Source: an uncultured Clostridia bacterium (GTDB lineage Bacteria; Bacillota; Clostridia; Christensenellales; UBA1242). Taken from it: a stretch of DNA of 35,792 bases. The stretch is taken from contig CAJFOL010000111.1 in assembly GCA_904397185.1 (NCBI GenBank), positions 1 to 35,792 on the forward strand, in the 5' to 3' direction. Below, piece by piece: positions 20,025 to 27,090 of this stretch. Below the pieces are notes generated by a model. The model saw only the letters and a program-made list of their open reading frames with translations, did not search any database and was not told the origin of the DNA. Position 1 is the stretch's first letter. Each line of letters begins with the position of its first letter. The translations under genes were made by a program, and so were the position numbers.

Positions 20025-20138
20025 ATTTGTCACTTTTTAGGACCTTGACCTAATGAACCTCGAACTGCTCGGCCATTTCCGCCAGATAATAATTAAAAAA
20101 CAGACACTCCTGAATATTTAGCTAACCTCTTCTGTGGA

Positions 20139-20282
20139 TCAGAATTTTCCTAAACTTCCATATTCTTTAAGCCAACCTGCAGCAAAAAGATTAAAAACGA
20201 GATGACTGAAATCATGAAGTTCCGAATTTCTGTCATCATGACTATTCCAGGTATCATTTATATCAACAACAGAATCATTCAT
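20139..20282 (-). CDS. small ORF (47 aa, MNDSVVDINDTWNSHDDRNSELHDFSHLVFNLFAAGWLKEYGSLGKF) directly after the last operon gene
   Basis: The ATG at 20280-20282 lies 3 nt after the stop of the 20286 gene, and the ORF ends in TGA at 20139-20141. There is no convincing SD and it is below the track size cutoff. Confidence 0.2.
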   Translation of the reverse strand: MNDSVVDINDTWNSHDDRNSELHDFSHLVFNLFAAGWLKEYGSLGKF

Positions 20283-20285
20283 TTC

Positions 20286-21212
20286 TTAACTTATGCGCCA
20301 TACTTCCGCCAGCCTTCTCTCCATTTCTGCTAACTCTTCAAAACTTTCTTTTTCAATACCAAGTCCTTTTCGCAATCTTCCATATAATTTCCCCAGCAGA
20401 TCATTCTGTATAGTTACAATCCGTCTTATCTCTCCTGTCTGATTGCTGTAACGTCTCCTATTTTCTTCCAGCAAATCTGTTAAAAACAGCAGCAACAACT
20501 TCCTCTGCTTCAGATATTGAATATCGTACATGAGCGGGAGCCGCCATTTATATTCCTTATACTGCTCCAGATATTGGAAGCAGTTCTTTATTCCCCGGGA
20601 TCCCTCTCCGTCTTCTTCTGCCGTGCAGAGATTATCCGCCGCATATCGGAACGACTGTTCCAGAACTTCTTCCATTTTGTATTCCCTTTTTTTCTTTATC
20701 TGCCGAACTGTTATGCATCCGTTCGCCTCCGGCACAGAGTCAGCAGACAAATATGTGCGAAGCTCTTCATATGTAAGGCGATAATGATAGAACCCTTCTG
20801 AATCCGTACAGTATACCTCGGTATCTGAGCAATATTCCAGCGAGATGTAATGATCCATTCTTTTCAACAGAGTCGGCATAATTTGATAGCTGAGTTTCCC
20901 CATATCGATCGGCCCGACAACGACAGGAAAATTCTGACGGATCCTATACCTAATCTCCCATACAGCCTCTTCCGCAGTTTTTGTCTGGACTGTCTCTGGG
21001 GCATATCCCCACAAGCGAAGCCCGCGATCCATCCCCTGGTTCGGATCACAGTATGTTGTAAGCAACCTGTCGAAATGCTCGTTTTCAAAATGCCGGATTC
21101 CAAAAGGCGTTGATGTCGAAATCTCGAATATCTGCAAATCTATGGACGGATCCTGTATCGCATTCAGGCATGCATAACTCCCACAGCAGATCTCATTTCC
21201 GTAAAACCTCAA
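20286..21212 (-). CDS. BtrH_N-like papain-fold protein (putative carrier-protein-dependent acyl/aminoacyl transferase or peptidase)
   Basis: The track ORF is 317 aa from ATG 21239. A TTG at 21210-21212 has an AAAGGAGG SD 7 nt upstream and forms a TTGA overlap with the upstream stop. The N-terminal Cys motif is EICCGSYACLNAI, followed by PFGIRH. The protein is paralogous to the 26239-27072 product. Confidence 0.55.
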   Translation of the reverse strand: MRFYGNEICCGSYACLNAIQDPSIDLQIFEISTSTPFGIRHFENEHFDRLLTTYCDPNQGMDRGLRLWGYAPETVQTKTAEEAVWEIRYRIRQNFPVVVGPIDMGKLSYQIMPTLLKRMDHYISLEYCSDTEVYCTDSEGFYHYRLTYEELRTYLSADSVPEANGCITVRQIKKKREYKMEEVLEQSFRYAADNLCTAEEDGEGSRGIKNCFQYLEQYKEYKWRLPLMYDIQYLKQRKLLLLFLTDLLEENRRRYSNQTGEIRRIVTIQNDLLGKLYGRLRKGLGIEKESFEELAEMERRLAEVWRIS

Positions 21213-22645
21213 ATCAACGCCTCCTTTGCCAATACACATAATTTCTTTATATCTGTTTTGCCGTTCCTGTTTCTCGGAAACGGTGTATGAAGCAGAAAAA
21301 CTTCTGAATTCTGAAGATAAAATGGCATCTGGCGTACCGTCTCTTCCACTGCATGCCTGACAGAAGCGTCCTCTGCATAAACGAAGACCACGGCGTGCTC
21401 TCCAGTAACCGGATCCGGTAGCCCCGTCACCGCCACCTCCTTCACTCCGTTCACCTTTCGTATCATTTCCTCCATCCCAAAACCATTCACTCTATAACCG
21501 CGGATTTTGATAATGCCGTTTCTGCGTCCACAGAAGTAAAGGAATCCTTCGCTATCAATACGGAAAAGATCTCCAGTGTACACTCTCCTTCTCCCGGTCT
21601 CTCTGTCTGACTCAAAAACACCAGAATCCTCATCCCTGATTCCCCAATATCCCTCCATTACGTTAGGACCTTCAACTACCAGTTCTCCAATACCGGTATC
21701 TTTTTCTTTGTTGATAAGGCAGACCTTGACACCATCTAAAGGAAGCCCGCATGATCCTGCCAGCAGCTTGTCCGTTCTTTCTGCCGGCATCACTGCCACA
21801 CGCTTGCATTCTGTCAACCCATACATGGGTATAACAGATGTCCGGGGCATCGCTTCTGTCAGAGTCCGTATCAAAGGAAGGGGCAGTACTTCACCCGTAA
21901 AGGAAATATATCGCAGATAGAAATCATCTGCATGATTGAGAAAACCTGTTTTTACCAGAAGCGCCGCCACCGTAGGCAGCGTAGGGAACCCTGTTATTTT
22001 CCACTTTTTGAGTAAATAGGGAATACGCTGAAGCATTTCCCTTGAACTCAAATACAGCTGTGCTCCGCTCATAAATGCCAGAAACACTTGGTAAAGTCCA
22101 TAATCAAATGTTAACGGAAGACTGCACAATATCCTGTCTCCGGGGTTATTTCCAAGTCTTCTATTTATCACATCGCTGCAGAATAAGATTTGCTTCTGAC
22201 TGCCACAGACTCCTTTTGCCGTTCCCTCAGTTCCTGATGTATATATGATATACACCAGCGTGTCCTCCGGGTATTGCTTTCTGTCTTTTATACAAGCTTC
22301 TTCATCCCATACCTCTTCGGTCGTAGGATCCTCCTCACCGTCAAGAATAAGAGCAGGGGAACAGCTTTCTACAATTTCATCCCTTTCTTTCGTTCCCATG
22401 TGCCTGCTAACGGGGACAAACACCAAGCCTTCCGAAATACACGCAAGAAGAAGAACCACTGTTTCCAGCGGTTCACGATCTACTATAAGCACGCGGTCTC
22501 CTGCCTTAAGTCCTCTGCTCCGGAAGAATACGCTGTACGACCTGACTCTTGCATGAAGCTGTCTGAAAGTATATTCCCTGCTTTCATTTGAAATAATGAT
22601 ACGCGGATCCGACAAGTGTGATTCAATTAATTTCCAATACAGCAT
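21209..22645 (-). CDS. stand-alone NRPS-type adenylation (AMP-binding) enzyme
   Basis: Motifs are YIIYTSGTEGTAKGV, MYGLTEC, GELVVEGPNVMEGYW, YTGDLFRID, GRRNGIIKIRGYRV and NGKTDIKKL. The preferred start is ATG 22645, with a GGAGGG SD 5 nt upstream and a TAATG overlap with the NadE-like stop. The track start is an upstream GTG at 22705. Confidence 0.85.
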   Translation of the reverse strand: MLYWKLIESHLSDPRIIISNESREYTFRQLHARVRSYSVFFRSRGLKAGDRVLIVDREPLETVVLLLACISEGLVFVPVSRHMGTKERDEIVESCSPALILDGEEDPTTEEVWDEEACIKDRKQYPEDTLVYIIYTSGTEGTAKGVCGSQKQILFCSDVINRRLGNNPGDRILCSLPLTFDYGLYQVFLAFMSGAQLYLSSREMLQRIPYLLKKWKITGFPTLPTVAALLVKTGFLNHADDFYLRYISFTGEVLPLPLIRTLTEAMPRTSVIPMYGLTECKRVAVMPAERTDKLLAGSCGLPLDGVKVCLINKEKDTGIGELVVEGPNVMEGYWGIRDEDSGVFESDRETGRRRVYTGDLFRIDSEGFLYFCGRRNGIIKIRGYRVNGFGMEEMIRKVNGVKEVAVTGLPDPVTGEHAVVFVYAEDASVRHAVEETVRQMPFYLQNSEVFLLHTPFPRNRNGKTDIKKLCVLAKEALI

Positions 22646-23553
22646 TAAATCCCTCCGACAGCATGAACCGGCAACTCTGCCATAATCTCTCTGCTTTTCA
22701 GCCACTTTGCTTTCTCAACAATATGATACAGACCTAGTATGATTTCCTCTGAAACATCCGTTTTTTCCCGTATTTTTCCAATGGACTCTGCGGAAGAAAT
22801 TAGTTCAAGAATCCTGTCAATCTTTTTGTAATCCAGAGCACTCCTAATGTTCTCTGCTTTTGCGATCTCTTGTTCGGAAAACTCTCTTGGAATGATAATC
22901 GGTCCGTCATTCACGATCCAGTATGCAATATCTTCCAAATCCGTCTGCCCGGACCAAAAACCGGCGGACGGTTCCTGTTCAATGACTTCTTTTTCTGTTC
23001 CCAAAGCAACAGCCAACTCTTCTAGTTCTGATTTATAAAGATGGGCAATCGGTTTAAAATGTGCCAGGTTATCTCCAAAGGTAAGAAAAAATCCCAGCTC
23101 TTTTTCTGTCCTGTTCGTCGTTCCGGCTATCAAAAATCCCTTGTCCTGATAACATGAAATCACAGCGGACCTGACAGAACACTTCGCTTTTGCTGGATCC
23201 AGCATCATATCTGTATTAAATATCATCTTAGACTCAGCCTCTTCCAGCGCTCTCATAAGATCCTGGTTCATATTCTCCAAATGAATCTCCGCCATCGGTA
23301 TTCCCAGTTCGTCGCACAGATTTTTCGCATTTTTTAGGAACTTTGGTTCCATATCGCTCTGAATAACAATAAAAGCCTTTACCCTGTTTCTGCCAAGGCT
23401 CCGGCAGCAGAGACGAACCACAACATCTGAATCAAGCCCTCCCGAAACAGGTACGACAACCTTCTCCTGATCAAGGACAAAATTACATATGAAAGCCTGG
23501 ATTCTCTCAATTTCCCTATTTATATCATTTTCCAGCCAATTATTCATTTTCAT
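22645..23553 (-). CDS. NAD+ synthetase (NadE)-family PP-loop ATP pyrophosphatase/amidoligase-like enzyme
   Basis: 302-aa ORF. The PP-loop is VVPVSGGLDSDVV. NadE-like segments are GTTNRTEKELGFFLTFGDNLAHFKPIAHLYKSEL and EPSAGFWSGQTDLEDI. It overlaps the rSAM-like gene end by 14 nt. Confidence 0.75.
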   Translation of the reverse strand: MKMNNWLENDINREIERIQAFICNFVLDQEKVVVPVSGGLDSDVVVRLCCRSLGRNRVKAFIVIQSDMEPKFLKNAKNLCDELGIPMAEIHLENMNQDLMRALEEAESKMIFNTDMMLDPAKAKCSVRSAVISCYQDKGFLIAGTTNRTEKELGFFLTFGDNLAHFKPIAHLYKSELEELAVALGTEKEVIEQEPSAGFWSGQTDLEDIAYWIVNDGPIIIPREFSEQEIAKAENIRSALDYKKIDRILELISSAESIGKIREKTDVSEEIILGLYHIVEKAKWLKSREIMAELPVHAVGGI

Positions 23554-24697
23554 ATCTCCTCATAAATTCATCCTTCATTATACCGATTTCCTGTTCCAAT
23601 AACTGCAAGTCTATATTGTAAATCTTTGCCAGCTTCCGATATTCTTCCTCTGTCCTTTCTATGTCAACCCGTCCGTTTTCCCTCTCCATCCGTTTCTTCC
23701 ACTCCGCATGGCAGAGACACGGATACTTTCTTAGTTTCCTGATAATTTCCGGATTCTGAGTCTCCCGGTACTCATCCAGCTCTTTCAGCACTTCTCTTTC
23801 ACAGTTCAGACAGGTGCCCGGAGAACCGCAGATATATGATTTTTCTTCACCGAAATAATCCTTATACCAGGATATCTGTATCTTACTTAATTCTGTTTCT
23901 GAAAAATGTCCCAGCACTTCCGCCAGAGACCAAAACGACACACAGCTGTACATCCCATTTTCGGAAAGCACATTAAGTAGCGTGCCCTTTTTTATATGAT
24001 ACGGAAACAAAACAACACTGTCCGCCCCATCATTCAGTACATCCTTAATAGAGCGGACAGTATTACTAATCGCCGCTTTCTCGCTCATAAACGGATAACC
24101 CAGTCCGATATTGGCAGTCACATACATGCCGGCATGATGTATTTTCTCAACCGCATCCCGAAATATTCCATAAGTTGTATTCTTATTTATGCAGTGCTTA
24201 AGTATCCAGTTATCACTGCTCTCTACACCAATCTCAATATATTTATCAGCATCAGGAACCGCCTTCTTTACGAAATTGAGTCCTTCCGTTGATATCGTAT
24301 CTGCTCTTGATTCTATAATGAAACGTTTTGTCTTTATCCCTTTTAAAATCCCGCACAGATCCTCCCGCATGGATTTTGATACTTCTCTCTCGTCTAGCAT
24401 GCTTCCACTCGGCGTCAGCAGGAAATCTTCAAATTCCCATGGCAGACACTCCACGATTTTCTTTAACTCATTAAGAATCTTATCCCAGTGTACGGCTCCG
24501 CTTCCTTTTCCATAATTGCACATCACGCAGCCGCCCCGAGCGTCATGAATACAGCCTATAGTCAGGAACCACAAATCGCACAGCAGTCCCCCATTAGCTC
24601 TTTCAATTCTGTAATTTGTCCGCATCCTTTCTGGCATAACCGGCCGCTGTTTATATATCTCATATGTAATCTGCCTTAATACGTTATTAGTATTCAT
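23540..24697 (-). CDS. radical-SAM-like enzyme with non-canonical Cx7Cx2C cluster motif (TIGR01210/TIGR01212-like class)
   Basis: 385-aa ORF. The N-terminal motif is IGCIHDARGGCVMCNYG. A TIM-barrel-like middle follows (IEIGVESSD). C-terminal Cys groups are CGSPGTCLNC and CLCH. A GGGAG SD lies 8 nt upstream. Confidence 0.55.
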   Translation of the reverse strand: MNTNNVLRQITYEIYKQRPVMPERMRTNYRIERANGGLLCDLWFLTIGCIHDARGGCVMCNYGKGSGAVHWDKILNELKKIVECLPWEFEDFLLTPSGSMLDEREVSKSMREDLCGILKGIKTKRFIIESRADTISTEGLNFVKKAVPDADKYIEIGVESSDNWILKHCINKNTTYGIFRDAVEKIHHAGMYVTANIGLGYPFMSEKAAISNTVRSIKDVLNDGADSVVLFPYHIKKGTLLNVLSENGMYSCVSFWSLAEVLGHFSETELSKIQISWYKDYFGEEKSYICGSPGTCLNCEREVLKELDEYRETQNPEIIRKLRKYPCLCHAEWKKRMERENGRVDIERTEEEYRKLAKIYNIDLQLLEQEIGIMKDEFMRRYENE

Positions 24698-24700
24698 ATA

Positions 24701-24979
24701 TCACACTCCCATATGACTCTGAACAGAGTCTGTCAATGTCCGTGCGGACAGAAAAACCTGCTGGAGATCTTCCTCTACAGGATCAAACCTGATATGAAAC
24801 GCATCCTCTATATCGATCTGAAGCACAACAAGCATAACCGAATCAAATCCTAATTCATCCTGGATTTTAGTCTCAGCATTTATAGTTATACCCTTATTAT
24901 ATTCGGCAGAATTACGGAACATTTCAGTCACTATCCCTATGATCCTGTGCTCTGTCTCGTTTCTCCCAAGTCTATTCAT
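24701..24979 (-). CDS. acyl/peptidyl carrier protein
   Basis: The phosphopantetheine attachment motif is ELGFDSVMLV. The preferred start is ATG 24979, 7 nt after the decarboxylase stop, giving 92 aa. The track version starts at an upstream GTG (25060) that overlaps the decarboxylase gene. Confidence 0.75.
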   Translation of the reverse strand: MNRLGRNETEHRIIGIVTEMFRNSAEYNKGITINAETKIQDELGFDSVMLVVLQIDIEDAFHIRFDPVEEDLQQVFLSARTLTDSVQSHMGV

Positions 24980-24986
24980 TATCTGC

Positions 24987-26249
24987 TCACATCCTATCGT
25001 CAAGAAATCTATATGTTGATGAATGTCCCCGTACACATCGTATATCTTGTAAATGAACACTATCCATTTTATTATACACTAATACCGATGGCATTTCCAT
25101 AGTCAAAAACAAATTCGGAGCCTCTGTCGCGTTGTAGGCTCCCGCACCGTAAAAGATCAGCAGATCGCCTCTCTGCACACCTTCATCCACTACTACTCTA
25201 CATGCGAGCACATCCGCTTCACTGCATAGTGCGCCGCAAATCATGCAGTCTGCCGTTCTTCCCGAAGGCGCCCTACAGATATCTTTTATGTACGGCGTCC
25301 GTATACCCAGCATTCCTCCTGAATACTGGAGATGATTTGTCCCACCCAGACAAAACAGTATCTTCTTACCCTTCCGCTCTTTTATCTGAAAAACCTTCGT
25401 CACATAGATACCTGCCGAAGCCGCAACGCATCGCCCAGCTTCATAGATCACTTTAAATCTTTTGCGAAGTCCCTTTACAAACCATGCAGCTTCATCCACA
25501 GCAGCCACATATTCTTCTTTCTTTGCTCCCACAAAATACGGGAATCCGATCCCGCACCCAATCTGTATTTCAGATATACCAGATCCCGACAGTTCACACA
25601 GGACTTCCAGGGACTGCTGAAAATATTCCAGGTCCCTCTTCAGCTTACCTGCTTCGTTCCGCTGCGTCCCCGGATAATAGTGAAGCCCCACAATCCTGAC
25701 CGAACTGCTTTTATCACAAATATGAAAGCACTGCTCCGCTTCCTCCTGATCCATACCGAACCTGCCACCGTTGCCAAGCCGTAGGAGTAACTTCACAGAA
25801 TCCTCTCCCAATTTTCCAACACCGCGCAGTTCATCACATTGTTCTATGATCTGCCTCGCCTGTTCCGAAGAATCAACGCCGAATCTCCTCACCCCCATAT
25901 CAAAGGCGTCCCGGAGCATATCCTCTGTCCTAAGCACACCGTCCAGAACAATCCTGCTACCCGGTATTCCATACGCCCGGCACATCTGGAGTTCTCCGTC
26001 TGTACTCACCTCAATATAATCCGCCACCTCAGACGCTGCCGGTGCCAACCAAGGATTTGCTTTCATGGCGTATGCGATACTCACATCTCTACCGAGGCAT
26101 TCCCGAAGAAGAGCCAGATTACGTACAAACAAATTTTCATGGAAAATATAGAAGGGCACACCCCATTCTTGTTCCGTTTTTCTCATCCTGTCCGCGGCAT
26201 CTTTCCACTCTTTATCCATCGGATCCAAAAATGCATATTTATCTTCCAT
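24987..26249 (-). CDS. fold-type III PLP-dependent decarboxylase (Orn/DAP/Arg decarboxylase family; BtrK-like by context)
   Basis: 420-aa ORF. Motifs are AYAMKANPW (PLP lysine), HYYPGTQ, GCGIGFPY, EAGRCVAASAG and CGALCSEADVL. It overlaps the upstream gene by 11 nt. Confidence 0.85.
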   Translation of the reverse strand: MEDKYAFLDPMDKEWKDAADRMRKTEQEWGVPFYIFHENLFVRNLALLRECLGRDVSIAYAMKANPWLAPAASEVADYIEVSTDGELQMCRAYGIPGSRIVLDGVLRTEDMLRDAFDMGVRRFGVDSSEQARQIIEQCDELRGVGKLGEDSVKLLLRLGNGGRFGMDQEEAEQCFHICDKSSSVRIVGLHYYPGTQRNEAGKLKRDLEYFQQSLEVLCELSGSGISEIQIGCGIGFPYFVGAKKEEYVAAVDEAAWFVKGLRKRFKVIYEAGRCVAASAGIYVTKVFQIKERKGKKILFCLGGTNHLQYSGGMLGIRTPYIKDICRAPSGRTADCMICGALCSEADVLACRVVVDEGVQRGDLLIFYGAGAYNATEAPNLFLTMEMPSVLVYNKMDSVHLQDIRCVRGHSSTYRFLDDRM

Positions 26250-27072
26250 CGTTCTCCAGACTCCTCCATATACTGGTCAATATCCCAGGAAGCTCCACGA
26301 TGTCTCCCGATTCCGCCATGCGGAACATCCGTTGTTTCTTTTCGTCATACTTCGTCTTAATATCTTGACATCCACATTTCACAGCAAGTAAAAACACCTT
26401 ATCCAGCATCTGAATCATATTCAGGATTCCGTACCTGAGTGCAGTCCTTTCGCTCTGTGTGCCTGCATAACGCCTTACAGCCCCTGATATACTCTGCTCC
26501 TCAAGATCTCTTATTTTCTTATGATACTCGATACCCTCTTTTAATATCATTTCACAGGAAGGTTCCCGAGATAAACGGTTTCTATGCCTGTTCTCTTCCC
26601 GCAGATATATAATACAGCAGCCCGGCTGACAATCATTCAAAGACAGCAGATTTTCCTGTGTCATCCATAGCCCCGGAAATCCCCATGGATCAAATACCTG
26701 ATATTCCTTTTCCCGTCTCTGTATAAACAAATACCTTCCTCCGCCTATGTAATAACGGTCGCTTACCGACGGCGCTGCGATCCCGTTTTTCACCGGACCA
26801 AAGACAAAAGCTTCCGGTAGTTCCATCATCCGGGATACCTTACACAGACGAACGGCAGAAAATGAAATCCCTACCGCATCGCCAAGCTTCCTGACCGCAC
26901 TTTCCGTATCGATCAAAGGCCGGAACCACTTCTCCTCCCTGCCGTCCGCACAGAACCCGAACGCCCGCAGACTGACGCAGTCCGGACTGCTTATCTTTGG
27001 CAGTCTTTCGTATTCCATCAACTGATCCAAAGCCGGACAAAATGTATCTATCGTCTTTCCGATGTAAAACAA
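26239..27072 (-). CDS. BtrH_N-like paralog (second copy; start uncertain)
   Basis: 277-aa ORF from TTG 27072. It aligns with the 20286 product: VFGPVK/VVGPID, YQVFDPWGF/VYCTDSEGF and MTQENL/LTYEEL. The N-terminal Cys (DTFCPALDQL) is present only if the TTG start is used. Confidence 0.5.
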   Translation of the reverse strand: MFYIGKTIDTFCPALDQLMEYERLPKISSPDCVSLRAFGFCADGREEKWFRPLIDTESAVRKLGDAVGISFSAVRLCKVSRMMELPEAFVFGPVKNGIAAPSVSDRYYIGGGRYLFIQRREKEYQVFDPWGFPGLWMTQENLLSLNDCQPGCCIIYLREENRHRNRLSREPSCEMILKEGIEYHKKIRDLEEQSISGAVRRYAGTQSERTALRYGILNMIQMLDKVFLLAVKCGCQDIKTKYDEKKQRMFRMAESGDIVELPGILTSIWRSLENDGR

Positions 27073-27090
27073 TTCTCTATCTCTCTTTCT

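Noticed and set aside
20864-21103. Nested alternative-frame minus-strand ORFs (20864-21103, 26840-27040, 29794-30021, 10554-10748, 4414-4599, 34526-34726)
   Set aside because: They are wholly contained in longer same-strand ORFs that carry recognisable motifs, and nothing points to overlapping genes.
25202-26368. Cluster of plus-strand ORFs (25202-25456, 25332-25784, 25484-25699, 25771-26019, 25839-26360, 26042-26368) over the decarboxylase gene
   Set aside because: The higher GC here lengthens random open frames. They overlap each other in several frames and lie antisense to a gene with unambiguous PLP-decarboxylase motifs.
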